Source: the human T2T-CHM13v2.0 reference genome, Homo sapiens | DNA length: 64,000 bases | Assembly: GCF_009914755.1 (NCBI RefSeq) | Contig: NC_060935.1 | Strand: one strand, 5' to 3' | Shown: positions 27,600 through 41,069 of the stretch, one piece after another | How the letters are laid out: each line of letters begins with the position of its first letter | How positions within the stretch are numbered: position 1 is the stretch's first letter | The notes under the pieces: generated by a model | The model's database searches: none | Told to the model about the DNA's origin: nothing | Seen by the model: only the letters and a program-made list of their open reading frames with translations | Translations under genes and position numbers: made by a program

Positions 27600-28950
27600 G
27601 CTTTGGAAAGCTGACAAATATTATGACATTCCTTGGTTGCTCCTCATGCTACTGGATGAAGTGGTGAAAGAAAAGAATGAGCTCAGGGATTCAAATTTCC
27701 AGCTCAAGCACCATATACATGACTTGGAGTCTTCTATGTGTACCCTGAAAGAGATTTTTTTATTCTGTAGTTGCAGGGCTGAGGTTGCTGAAGATTAAAT
27801 GTAGCATCTCAGCCTATGACTGGGTGACTTACAATGCAAGTTAAACCCCCAGCCTCTCAAGGTGTCTACTGTTAATGTAAGGACATTGATTGGAAAAGAA
27901 TGGGATCCTGTAAATTGTGATTGGCCATTATGGGAAGTCCCTGCTGGGGACATTGAGTCCCTAAATTCTGATGCGTTTTCTTTGCCAGTGAAGAAGGAAG
28001 AGGTCTCCTTACCCCTAGAAGAGGTCAACTCATCCCTAGTAGAAGGGGCCTCTCTGTCCCCAGTGGCAATGGCATCCCCCACCCCAGTGATATCATCTCT
28101 CTCCTCTGAGTGATATCAGCCATTTCACCCATCTTTGAGGAGATTAACTCTGTATTGACTGAGAAAACTATAATGACCTCCCCTGAGGCAACTGCTATGC
28201 AAGACAATGCTGATGCTTTACAGAGCCCTGCTCCACTATCTCTTTACATCTAGACCTATAAGTAGACTCAAGACCCAAGAGACTCTTAAAGATAAGGTAC
28301 AAAGTGTGACCCATGAGAAGTTGTTCTATGCTCCAAAGATCTAATTGAGTTTTCTAATTTACACAAACAAGAATCCAGTAAACACATATGGCAATAGATT
28401 CTAAGGGTCTAGCATAATGATGGAAGCAACATACTGTTGGATCAGACCAAATTTATTGATATGGGGTCACTAATCAAAGATTCTGCATTACAGAAGGTTG
28501 CAGCTCAAAGAATTAGAAGGGCTATAACACTTTGGATGGTTGGATAAAACATGGACCAAAGGCGGCTCACAGTGAGTGAATTAGAAATGCCTGACCTGCC
28601 TTGGTTTAATGTAGAAGACATGATTGATTCAAAGGCACAGGGAGACTGAAGTATTGGAATAAACTTGTCGTTTAAGAACTAATCTCCCACACTAGAAGAG
28701 TCTGGCACCTTTCATCAATATTGAAAGAAAATTAACTTGGGAGGGGAGCCCCAGCATCTTTGAATAGCTTCATGGTTGCTCTTCTCTGTAGGTTAGACCT
28801 GTGAGTCGAAACTTCAGCCATTCAGAAACATAAATGTAATGGGAATAATTACATTCTGGATGGCAGGTACCGAGTGGTGGTATTCAGCCACCAAAGCCAA
28901 AGTGAGTGAGGTTACCAGAATGGACAGCAGAGGTAAAGCAGAAGTCAGAA
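27600..28950 (+). pseudogene. ERV-L gag remnant
   Basis: ORF 27862-28113 contains VRTLIGKEWDP, typical of ERV-L gag; interrupted by stops and frameshifts. Confidence 0.75.
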
Positions 28951-29299
28951 TAGTCTTATTCATAGATCTATTGTGTTAACAAAAGTTGTTCATAATGTTT
29001 GTAGAGGTGAAATAGACAGGAATCCTGCTAAGTTTTACTTGATATTTACAAGCAGAAAAGTTCTAGGTCAAGTGAACAAAAGTCTAACCTCAATCATAAA
29101 AATGTAGTCATGGTCCCTCGATCAATTCCCAGATTAAATCCAGTTTACTTGCCTAGAATTACTTGCCTAGAAATTCTTGAAAGAAGAGGAAGACAGGTTC
29201 CCTTGAGAAAGAGTCCTGATATACTAGCCAAAATTTTTACTGTTAATCTGTCTTCCAGCCTTCCCCACAGGGACTTATTTCCTTTTACCAGGGTAACTG

Positions 29300-32200
29300 T
29301 GAAATTGTACTAATTCTGGAAGAACAAAAACATCAGTGTGTCACATCAGTCAGAGTAAAGGGTTATGGAGATCAGGTGATCAATGGAGCTTTAGCTCAGT
29401 TTTGTCTCACAGTGGGCCCAATGGGTCCCCAAACACATCCAGTTGTCATTTCCCCAGTTCTGGAATGCGTAGTTGGAATTGATAGCAGCTAGCAGAATCT
29501 CAATGTTAGTTCCCTGACCATAATTTGGAGCTACAATCGTGGAAAAGATCAAGTAGAAGCCACTAGAACTGCCTCTATCTAGGAAAATAGTAAACCAAAA
29601 GCATCCAGGATGGATTTTAGAGATTAGTGCCATGATCAAGGACTTGAAGGATGCAGGGGTGGTGATTTCCACCACGCCCTCATTCACTTCTTTTGGGCTT
29701 GTGCAGAATACAGATGGATCTTGGAGAATGAGAGTGGATTATGGCAAACTTAACTAGGTGGTGACTCTAATTGCAGCTACTGTACCAGATGTGGTTTTAT
29801 TACTTGAAAAAACATTTCCCCTGGTAGTTGGCATGTAGCTATTGATCTGGCAGATGTCTTTTTTTTCCGTCTCTATTAATAAGGCTCATCAGGAGCAGTT
29901 GCTTTCAGCTGGCAAGGCCAGCAAGACAACTTTCACTATCCTACCTCAGGGCTATATCAGCTCTCCAGTCCTATGTCATAATTTAGTTATCAGAGACCTT
30001 GATTACCTTTCCTTTACACATAATATCACACTTGCCCATTACATTGATGACATTATGCTGATTAGACCTAGAGAGCAAGTAGCAACGACTCTAAACTTAT
30101 TGGTAGGACATTTGCATGCTAGTGGGTGGGAAACAAATCTGACAGAACTTCAAATGCCCTTTACCTAGTGAAAATTCCAGGGAGCCAGTGGTACGGGGCA
30201 TGTTGAGACATCTCTTCTAAGATGAAGGAAAAGCTGTTGTATCTGTCCCCTCCTACAACCAAAAGTATGGCACAACACCTAGTGGGCCTCTTTGGCATGG
30301 GGAACAACATATTCCTCATTTGGGTGTTTTATTCCAGCACATTTACTGAGTGGCTGGAAAAGCTGCTAATTTTGAGTAGGGTTCCAGAATAAAAGAAGGT
30401 TCTGCAACAGATCCAGGCTGAATGCAAGTTGTGCTGTCACTTGGGCCATATGACCTAGCAAATTCAACAGTGCTTGAAGTGTCAGCAGCAGATAGGGATG
30501 CTGTTTAGAGCCTTTGGCTGGAGCCTATAGGTAAATTGCAAAGCAGGCCCTTAGGATTTGGGAGAAAATCCCTGTCATTCATTGCCAATAACAACTCTCT
30601 TTTTAAGAAACTGATTGGCCTGACATTGGGCCTTAGTAGAGACTGAGCACTTAACCATGGGTCACCAAATTACCATGCAGTGTGAGCTGAGCTGCTTATC
30701 ATGAATTGAGTGTCATTTGACCAACCAAGCCATAACGTTGGGTATATACAGTAGTACTCCATCATCAAATGGAAGTGGTATATATGTGATTGGGCCCCGG
30801 CAGGCCCTGAAGGTATCAGTAAGTTACATGAAGAAGTGGCCCAAATGCACATGGTTTTTATTCCTACCACACTGACTTCTCTCTACCAGCCCGTACCTAC
30901 GATATTATAGAGAGTTCCCTATAAACAGTTGACAAAGGAAACATAGACTCAGGCCCAGATTACAGACCTTTCTGTACAATGGGATGTAACCAGTGGTTTG
31001 GCTGGATGGTTAGGAGCTTCAAAAGAACATGATTGGAAAATTGATTCTAAGGAAATTTGGGGAAGAGGTAGGTGGGCACACCTCTCTAAATGGGCAAAAA
31101 AAAATCTGAAGATATTTGTCTCCCATGTGAATACTCAGCAAATAATGACTGCAGCAGGGCCTTTTAATAATCAAGTAGATGGGATGATATAATTTCTGGA
31201 TACTGGTCAGCCCCTTCCTCCAGCCACCCCTGTCACTACTCAATAAACTCATGAACAAAGTGGCCATGGTGGCAGGGATGGAGGATATGCATGGACTCAA
31301 CAACATGGACCTTCACTTACCAAGGCCAACCTGATATATCCATCACTGAGTGCCTGACCTGCCAATGGTAAAGACCAACACTAAGTCCCCAAGATGATAT
31401 CACTCTCCAGGGTGATCAGTCAGTTACCTTGTAGCAAGTTGATAACATTAGACCAATTCAATCATGGAAGGGGCAGTAATTTGTTCTTACTGGAATAGAC
31501 ACTTACCTTAGATACAAATTGGCTTTCACTGCAGGCAATGCTTCTGCCAAAACTACTATTCATGGACTTACAAAATGCCTTATCACGGCCTTCCAAATAG
31601 CATGCTGTCTGACCAAGGAATTCACCTCACAGCAAAAGAAATGTGGCAATGGGCTCATGCTCATGGAATTCACTGGTATTGTTAACCACCATCTTGAAGC
31701 AGCTGGCTTGATAGAATGGTGAAATGGCCTTTTGAAGACTCATTTACAGCATGAGCTAGGTGTCAATAACTTACATGACTGGGACAAGGTTCTACATCCA
31801 ATATATGTTGTTTCTCTCATGGCCAGGATACATAGTTCCAGTAATCAAGTGGTGGAAATGGGAGTGACACCTCTCACAATAATCCCTAGTGACCCATTAA
31901 CAAACATTTTGCTTCTTTTGCTTGTAATCTTACCCTGCGCTAGCTTAGAGGTCTTAGTCCAGAGGGAGGAAAGCATGTCACACAACAATGAACCCATTGA
32001 AATGGAAATTAAGAATTCCATTCAGCCACTTTGGATTTCTCATACCTCTTAATCAATGGGCAAATAAATGAGTTACAGTGCTGCCTGGGTGATTAATCTG
32101 GACTACTAAAATGAAACTGGACTACTACTGTATAATGGAGGAAAAGAAGAGTATATCTGGAATAAAGAGATCCCTTTGGGCATCTCTTAATATTATCATA
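29300..32200 (+). pseudogene. ERV-L pol remnant (RT, RNase H, integrase) with dUTPase-like segment
   Basis: LPQGYISSP...HYIDD (RT, ORF 29842-30168); HEQSGHGG and CLTC integrase zinc finger at about 31250-31362; dUTPase-like segment at about 31990-32140; many stops. Confidence 0.85.
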
Positions 32201-33213
32201 CCCTGTGATCAAGGTCAATGGAAAACTACAATGACCCAATTCAGCCAGGACTATGAATGGTCCAGACCCTTTAGGAATGAAAGTTTGGGTCACCTCTTCA
32301 GGAAAAGAATCATGAACATCTGAAGTACTTGCTGGAGATACAGGGAATATAAAATAGCCTGTAAAAGAAGGTAGTTATAAATGCCAGCTATGACATTTTA
32401 TCAGTTATAAAAAAAAGACTGTATTTGTCATGAGTATTTCTTAGTTTGTTATAAATATATATTTGTGTGAGTGTTTGTTTTCTTTCCTCTCTTATTACTT
32501 TATCATGAGACATAAGATACATTGACTTTATCAGAATTTAACTATTGTTAATTTTATATCATTGTTTTTAAGTTATGGGATATCAAGGAAAAGAGTAAAC
32601 ATCATTCAAGGACTTTACCTCACCTTCTGGGGAAGGGATTAGTGCATCTTCAGTTGCTTGTGGGATAGTTGTATAATGTTAGGTGGATTATGTCCTTGTT
32701 ATTGTCTTTAATGAGATCAAGCCTGGTTTAAGGAGATGTGTATGGGTGTCAGGTTCACAAGTGGCAAACTTGTGATGGTAAATTTTATGTAACTTGGGCC
32801 ACAGCATGCCCAGATCACTGGTTAAACATTATTTCTGGGTGTGTTTGTGAGGGTGTTTCCAGAAGAGATTAGCATTTGAATTGAATAGAGTAAAGCAGAT
32901 GGCCCTTCCTAATATGAGTGAGCATGATCCAATCTGTTAAGGACCTAAATAGGGCAAAAAGGTGAAGAAGCTTGAATTCACACTCTGCCTGATTGCTTGA
33001 GCTGGGAAACAGATCTTCTCCTTCCCTGGGCACTCCTGGCTCTCAGGCCCTCAGACCTGTACAGGAACATATACCATTGGCTCTCTGGCTCTCAGGCCTC
33101 TGAATCACACCACAAGCTTTCCTCTATCTTCAGCTTGTGGACAGCACGTCATTGAACTTCTCAGTCTCCACAGTCACATAAGCCAATACCTTTCAGTAAG
33201 ATGTAAATAAATG

Positions 33214-33232
33214 GATAGATAGACAGATAGAT

Positions 33233-33270
<38 letters not shown>

Positions 33271-33281
33271 CAGACATAGAT
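33214..33281. repeat. (GATA)n tetranucleotide STR in the 3' LTR
   Basis: Nine perfect GATA units at 33233-33268 with degenerate flanking units. Confidence 0.95.
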
Positions 33282-33544
33282 GCATCTTATTGGTTCTCTG
33301 GAGAACCCCAACTAATATATCCAGAACTGATTCTATCAAGATGGCAGTAGTGGGGTTGAGGAAAAATTGGAGAAGATGAGTGTTGTTCAGAAGTCCATGC
33401 ACATATGCAGGATTGTGTCCATAATCAGGATAACCTGAGAACTCCCTAATCTCTTATCTCTGGCTGACCTTGACTTACTGTACAACCAGGAAGTACAACC
33501 AGGTTCTGTACAACTGGGAAGTAAAGGCTAAGGGCAGACATGTA

Positions 33545-34330
33545 AATATTCCCCCAAATGATCTACAGATTCAACACAATGTCCAGCAAAATCCTAGCTG
33601 CTTTTCCTTTTAAAGAAATTGTCGAGCTAATCCTAAAATTTATTTAGAAATGCAAGGAATCCAGAATAGCCAAAATAATTTTGAAAAAGTTGAAGGACTT
33701 AGACTTCCTGATTTCAAAACTTACTACCATAAGATATCATTTCAGATCTACTAGAATGGCTAAAATCAAAAAGACAGACAAAAGCAAGGGTTGGTAATGA
33801 TTTGAAGATGTTGGAGCCCTCATTCATATCTGGTAGAATTTTTAAATAGTGCTGTAAAATATCTTCTCAAAAGGTAAGCATAAAGTTACCATAAAACCCA
33901 CTAACTCCAATCCTAAATATATACCCAAAAGAATTGAAATGTATGTTCATAACAAACTCTTGTAAATAAACGTTCATAGAAGCATAATAGCCAAAAGTGG
34001 GAAAAAATGTCTATCAGCTGATGAATGAATAGCCAAAATGTGGTATATACATAGAATTGAATATTACTCAGCTATACAAAGGAATGAACTATTGGCACAT
34101 GCTACAACATGAAGACAGAAGAAGGTAGATTTGTGCTTTCCAGGGAATTGGAAGAGGGGAGAATGGAATGGAAAGTGATTGCCAATGGGATTTATTTTTA
34201 GGTGATAGAAATATTCTAAAATTAGATAGTGGTGATGGTTGCATAACTCTGTAAATATAATAATAACCACCAATTTTACATTTTGAAGCATGAATTTTAT
34301 GGCATATAAGTTTTATATCAATAGCACTAT
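33545..34330 (+). mobile_element. Old L1M ORF2 and 3'UTR fragments
   Basis: ATCTACAGATTCAACACAAT; CTTCCTGATTTCAAAACTTACTAC; TTCTAAAATTAGATAGTGGTGATGGTTGC. Confidence 0.7.
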
Positions 34331-35482
34331 CATTTTTAAACCATAAAATGTTATGCTGTAGTCTGACACAATTAACTATAATTACGTATAGCACATGGAT
34401 AGATCTCTAACGTGAACTCTTGAGTAAAAAGTCTATGAAAAAAGAATGAGATCTATAGCACATCATTTATGTAAATTTTAAGAATATTCAATATTTTTAA
34501 AATATTGTAAAATATTTAAGAATATTTGTAAAATATCGTTTCCAAGGAAACACATACATCTAAATATATTAGACTTAATGCTTTTGCAACAAAGGAAATG
34601 GGGGGAAGAGTTGGAGATTAATATTAAGGGAGAAAAATAGTTAAATAATAGGATAAGAGGGACAGAGACCAATAAACGTAGAGTGAAATAAACCGTGGAG
34701 TATAACAAACTCAACTTTATGAACCTGTGTTTTTCATCCCCGCAAAGTGGAGGCCTTTGTTGAAGACTGATTCAACCTCAGTCTACCAGGTTAGCTTCAT
34801 CTCTGAATTATCATTACTCTGCCTAGCATACAAAATGCAAGCAATCAATCGTGACACTTACCACCAGAAATTATCAAGAACTTACCATTTTACAACAGTG
34901 TTTGACACTCAATAAATATATGAGCACTCATGCCACATAATTATTTGAGTAAAAAGCATTTCTCTCAAAAAAAATAGATGGAATACCTTATAGAGTCCAC
35001 TTCAAATGACAGACAAGAAACAACTGTTTTTTCCTCCAACAAAACTGAGTAAGTCATTCCAAGATAAATAAGACAGCAGACATGAAAGTAATACTTCAAC
35101 ATAGGTTCCACTCAGCCATGACAGTCCATTGAATGAAGTTTATCCATGCCATCCAGAAAGAGAAAAATCCAATAGCAAATTCTGTTGGGGTTTCCTTCAT
35201 CTCTCAGGCATTTTTCTAAATTCAGGGTTTGCTTACACTACAGAAATACGTCAACAAAAGCAGCCACAGATACGTGCCTTGGCAGATATCAGTAGATCAT
35301 GCAAAGTGAATGCTCTAAAACCTTTCAACTGAGAACTGATACTGCCAAAACTGGTATTTGACTGCATACACCCATTCCAACACTTACTCACCATCTTCTT
35401 CATCCAGCTAGATGCTAGAGATGGAGAGATGAACCAGACTGTTCCTAATCTCAAGAACTAATACTGTCAGATGGCAATGACC

Positions 35483-35700
35483 AAAGAAATGATAAGTGCT
35501 TGAAATGATGGATACCCCAATTATACTGATTTGATCATTACACATTGTATGCCTGTATCAAAATATCAAAAATATATATTGTTATGTACAATATACACAT
35601 GTATATTGTATACATGTGTATTGTATACATGTGTACATTGTACAATGTACAATATAATGGGTACATAATAATTAAAAATAAAAATTTTAAAAATAAACAA
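35483..35700 (+). mobile_element. L1MA 3' terminal fragment
   Basis: TGATGGATACCCCAATTATACTGATTTGATCATTACACATTGTATGCCTGTATCAAAATATC and A-rich tail. Confidence 0.75.
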
Positions 35701-36470
35701 AAGCTCACCCTCAAAAAAGAAAAACTAGAAGAATACAGTTTTCAAAAAAATACACTTTGAAGTCAGACAGCAAGTTTGGATGTTGAATCTGTATCTATCA
35801 GCTGTTTAGCAAGGTATTTGGTCCCTTTAAATTTTAGCTTCTACATTTAAATAATCAGAATTATAGCAGGAATTTAATACAGATTTTATAAAAATTAAAT
35901 GAAACTAAAAATGCCTGACCAGAGTCAATGCTTGGCAAATGTGACCTTCTCCTGCTCTCCCCTGCTGTTGAAGAAATGGTGTGTGAATATTGAAGGATGT
36001 GCCATTGCAGATATGGAAAAGTGAAATAAAGTGTATTCTGATTGTTATGTGCTCAGAAAGCTGCAAACTTAATTGAGATTTTGCTTTCACAAGAACTTTC
36101 CTAAGGGCACTTTGACCTCCCCTATTCTTTAGGCTATGGACAGAGGGTACAGGGTAGGAATGACTATGGCAAAATAGGAATGTAATTTTGTCTGTGTCCA
36201 CAAAAGGGCTGCATCTGAGCTGTGAAGACAGGAGAATGATGATCCTAACTGAAGGTGGACACCACAGTGAGGTTGGAAGCACATACATAATAGTCCTTCT
36301 GTAATTACACATGGGGCAGGGGGATGAGGAGATCAATGAATGTAAACAGATATGTGATCATGATACTTAAAATGGGGAGACAGTCACTGAAACCCATTGG
36401 AAAGAAAATGACTGACTCACAAATGGCAGGACTCAGCATAGTAAATATATAATTAAAAACCTATTGTTAT

Positions 36471-37116
36471 GTGGTAATTCTATTTTTAGTGTTCTGAGGA
36501 ACTCCCATACTGTTTCCACAAGGTTATACAAATTATCTTACATTCTCATCAACAGCGCACCATGGTTCCCTTTTTATACCCTCGCCAACACATTATCACT
36601 CATCTTTTTGATAATTATATACACAATGGAATACTATTCAACCTTAAGAGGAGGAGAAATCCTATTATTTGTGACAACCTGGATAAACCTGAAGGGCATC
36701 ATGTTAAATGAAATAAGCCAGGCAAATAAAGACAAATATCATATGATCACTTATATGTGGAATCTAAAAAACAAAGCTAAATTCATACAAGTAGACAGTA
36801 GAATGAAGGTTATCAGAGTTTGAGGAGGGAGGGAGGTGAATGGAGAAAGGCATTGATCAAAGGGTACAAAGTTTCAGTTAAACAAGTGGAATAAGATTTA
36901 GTGAACTATTGTGCAGAATGGTGACTATAATAAACAATAATGCATTTCATATTTTAAAATTAAGTCCATTTTAAATATTTTTACCACAAAAGTAGTAAGT
37001 ATGTGAGGTGCTAGATGTGTTAGCCTGATTTAATCATTCCATAGTGTAAACATATATCAAAACATCACATTTTGCCCCATAAATATATGCAATTATTATT
37101 CAATTAAAAAGATTTT
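36471..37116 (+). mobile_element. L1MA-like element with 5' inversion
   Basis: Antisense L1 at 36471-36615, sense 3' end at 36617-37116; flanks AAAACCTATTGTTAT / AAAACATATTATTAT. Confidence 0.8.
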
Positions 37117-38235
37117 AAAACATATTATTATTATTTACAGTTATACATTTGACCTTATTACTAATATAAAGTGCCTTCAACTATATCTAAAATGACTAAA
37201 ATGACTAAAATCATGAAGTAAACAAACAGTTAAAAAATAAGGAATTCACAATTAAGTTTCCATTTTAGGGTTAATATTTCTTGTAACAAAAAAGCAACAG
37301 TTGAATAATACTTATCCTATAATTTAAATCACATGCTGATAGAAACTCTTATTTCCAATCTGGGTAGACTTATATGTGATATAAAGAAGTTCAAATAATT
37401 ATAACTGTCTATATAGAAATAACATTATTTCTCATGCAGCAAAAGGTAGCCATAAGAAAGGGGAAGCCTGGCAGGGGTGTGAATTTCAATAGAAAAATGC
37501 AGCTACTACCAATCTCCAGCTCAGCAAGCAGGGAGTTGAGGGAATAAAGACCTCAGCATCTCTTTCCTCCTGCCTTTTGATCACCAACTGGCCAAATCCA
37601 TGAAGCCACAAGGAAAGGGAGTCCAGATCATCTAGTTTATAAAGTGAGCCTCCTGTGGCATGGTGCACCAGAGAAATGGCAGAGCAGGATGTAGAGGGAA
37701 AGACAGAAATGACAAAATGACATCTGTGACTGCCTAGAGAATAAAATTCAACTTCCATATCCAACCACCAGTATGTATACTATGAGGCAGTCAATATGCT
37801 TGCTAGGGTCTAGCTTATAGCAGGTGCCTCACAAATGTATATTGAAATAATAAGCCTATCAATCAATGAATGATGGAATTCAAGTGACCATCTGGCCAAG
37901 TCAAACTAGCCCTCTCGTGGCAGAGTTATACACATTCTGGAGTGCCCTTTAAATATTTTTGTTGGATGTGGACTGAGTTAAATACTTCATGAATGAAACA
38001 AACACAGGTCGGCAGATGATCATGAACCTTCCAAGAGTTTTAGAGGTGTTTTTCTGTTTTATTTAAAAATAAATAAAAACATTCATTCCTGACTTAAAAA
38101 TAATCACAGAACATTTATGTTTCTTTGGCTCCTCTCTGTTTTCCTCTCCCTCTCCCTTTCTCTCTCTTTCTCTTTCTCTTGCTGTGTCACATAGGCTGGA
38201 CAGAGAAGAAATCAGAAGAAGCTCAAACCTGTGTA

Positions 38236-38788
38236 GAATACTGTCTGCCTTTAAGAAGAAGAAAACTCTGCCATATGCAACAACATGGATGAACCTGGAG
38301 GACATTACGCTCAGTGAAACAAGCCAATCACAGAAGGACAAATACTACTTGATTCCACTTTTATAAAGTATTTAAAATAGCCAAACTCATAGAAACAGAC
38401 AGTGAATGGTGGTTGTTAGGGGCAGGGGGAGGGGGCAATGCTGAGTTGCTCGAAGGGTATAAAGTTTCCATTATGAGGCCAGTTGCAGTGGCTCACACTT
38501 GAAATCCTAGCTCTTTGGGAAGCTGAGGTGGAAGGATTGCTTTAGCCCAGGAGTTCGAGGTTACAGTGAGCTATGATAGTACCACTGCACTTCAGCCTGG
38601 GGGACAGAGTGAGATCCTGCCTCCAAAAAAAAAAAAAAAAAAAAAAAAATTCAGTTATGCAAGATCTGCTATACAACATTTTACCTATAGTTAACAATAC
38701 TGTACTGTGCAGTTACAAATTTATGAAGAGGATGGATTTCATGTTGTGTTCTTATCAAAATCTTTAAAAAAGAAAAAAAGAAAAAGGA
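38236..38788 (+). mobile_element. 5'-truncated L1MB-like 3' end
   Basis: GCAACAACATGGATGAACCTGGAGGACATTACGCTCAGTGAAAC...GATTTCATGTTGTGTTCTTATC and A-rich tail. Confidence 0.8.
38477..38649 (+). mobile_element. Free Alu monomer (FRAM/FAM-like)
   Basis: Monomer with long A-tail; flanks AAAGTTTCCATTATG / AAAATTCAGTTATG. Confidence 0.8.
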
Positions 38789-39168
<380 letters not shown>

Positions 39169-39649
39169 TTACTTGTGCTGTGTAGGTGGGACAGAGGACA
39201 GACCAGAGGCAACTTAAACCTGTTCGGAATGACTTCAGCAGGTCCTGGGATATGAAGGTCCCTCCTAAATCAGAAGAGAGTATCTTAAGTTACATATCTG
39301 TTATAAAGAACATCTCCCCGTGTCCCCAAAATATAAAGACACACTAAAAATACATATGACCCAAGGAGAGAACCCACACAAGTGTGGGTGTGATTCACAA
39401 AGTTATAAATATCACTTGCATAAAGGATGACTCAGAGAAAAATAATTTAGAAAGAGACCAAGAACATTATTTTATTAATATAATTTCTTCTGAGAGAAAA
39501 ATGAGGCTGAAATATATGACACTGCTTTCCTGTTTCTCCCCAATAATGAACCCCTAAATGGGGTTGATAGGAAGAGTCTGCTATAGATCACTCCTGTTCT
39601 CAGTTACCTCTTCCATGAAATGAAAATGCTAAGAATAATATCCACCTAA

Positions 39650-39900
39650 TAATAATATGAAAAACATTAGGTAATATTTACTGAGCTTTACTATGAGTTA
39701 GAAATCAGCCTGCAGCAATTATGTCATGAAACCTCTACAAGCCTGATGAAAAAGATACTACTGTCTTATGATTGCTACTTTAGAGATGGGAATTACAAGA
39801 CTTAGAGGTATTTTAGTAATTTCTTCCAGGTTGCATCACCAGTAAATGGCAAAAACAATATTCAAAACCAAGAAGTCTGATTTCAGAAGCCACAGCCTAA
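39650..39900 (-). mobile_element. MIR-like SINE remnant
   Basis: ATTTACTGAGCTTTACTATG...TTTAGAGATGGGAATTACAAGACTTAGAGG...AGTCTGATTTCAGAAGCC. Confidence 0.55.
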
Positions 39901-40956
39901 ATACCAGGATAAATATCTCTTGATTAAATAAGATAAAGCATGTAATAGTAAGCACTCCATATATGAAAGTGACTACTATATTTCATCTAAGTCCTGCTTC
40001 TATGCATTCTACACTATTATCCCATGCTAGTCCACACGTGGAATTTCTTTCTTGTGTTAGTATTTATTTCAGTCTGCAGGTTCTTTCCATCTCTGCTGAT
40101 AGGAAGGATCAAAATTCACTTAGAGAAGATTTTTCAATTCCTAAGAAGACTTAGCATCTCTTCAGCATGCTCTGTGAATTTCAAGGCTCTTGATTGAAGC
40201 TTCTTATCCTCTATGCATCCATGTGCTCATTAAATTCTGAAACAAGGCTCATGAACCAAAAGAAAAACGGTTAAGAACCACAGCTCTGGCTCTGATGACT
40301 GAAGCATGACTTCTGTCTCTATTTATGAGGAGTTGGGGTTTGGCACTTTTCTTCCTACTTTGAGCTTTCTGTGTTCAATGCCTAATACCACTTAGATTTT
40401 CCTTCTGTCAAAGCCCTACGGAATATTGGTACCATCACATGAGTTTTAAAAAAATTCTATGTTGTTGAAAAGTCTAAAAGTTCAGAAATAATACTTAAAA
40501 CATCCCCATCTGAGATTTAAGTGTTCAGTAGGCTATTAAAGATGCTGAGAAGTACTGTAGTAATGTAACAGCAAGCTGTTTAACTTACCTGCTTATGGAA
40601 AGCTTTTTCATATGTAACCCTGTTAACTCCCCATAGCATTTTGCTTGGGGAAAAAAAAAAGTAGCATTAGACAGAAGTGTGTAATCCATGAAATTCCTGG
40701 ATTGTGTCCCACTGAATACAATGCATCTCAGAATTACACTCTTTGTCCATTTCATGCCAGTTTTCAGGACAGCACATATACAATTTTCCCATTTTCATAA
40801 TTCTCTCTCATTAGCTTGAGTGTTCCATGAGGATACATTTTTGTCATGTTTACCTTTAAAATACCATCACACTGTCTAGAATTTATTAGTTATAAATAAA
40901 CACTTCTTGAATAAATGAATTACTCAGAACCTTTTGTTTGTTTCATTGGTGGTGAA

Positions 40957-41069
40957 TAGAGTAAACAACCGTTCCAATTTGCCCAGAATTAAGAAATTTT
41001 CTGAGATTTGGGGCTTTCAGTGAGAAAACAGATTGTTCCAGGCAAACTAGGACAAATTGGTCATGCTAT
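40957..41069. mobile_element. MER81/MER94-like hAT MITE
   Basis: AACCGTTCCAATTTGCCCAG...CCAGGCAAACTAGGACAAATTGGTCA, imperfect inverted ends. Confidence 0.45.

Noticed and set aside
27862-32323. A domesticated ERV-L gag or pol gene (Fv1-like)
   Set aside because: Reading frames are broken into pieces of at most about 108 aa, and Alu and L1 insertions sit in the 5' internal region.
35040-35260. Hydrophobic minus-strand frame (MKETPTEFAIGFFSFWMAW...) as an OR pseudogene
   Set aside because: No OR signature motifs (PMYFFL, MAYDR, PMLNP) are visible nearby and the frame closes quickly; tblastn with OR proteins would settle it.
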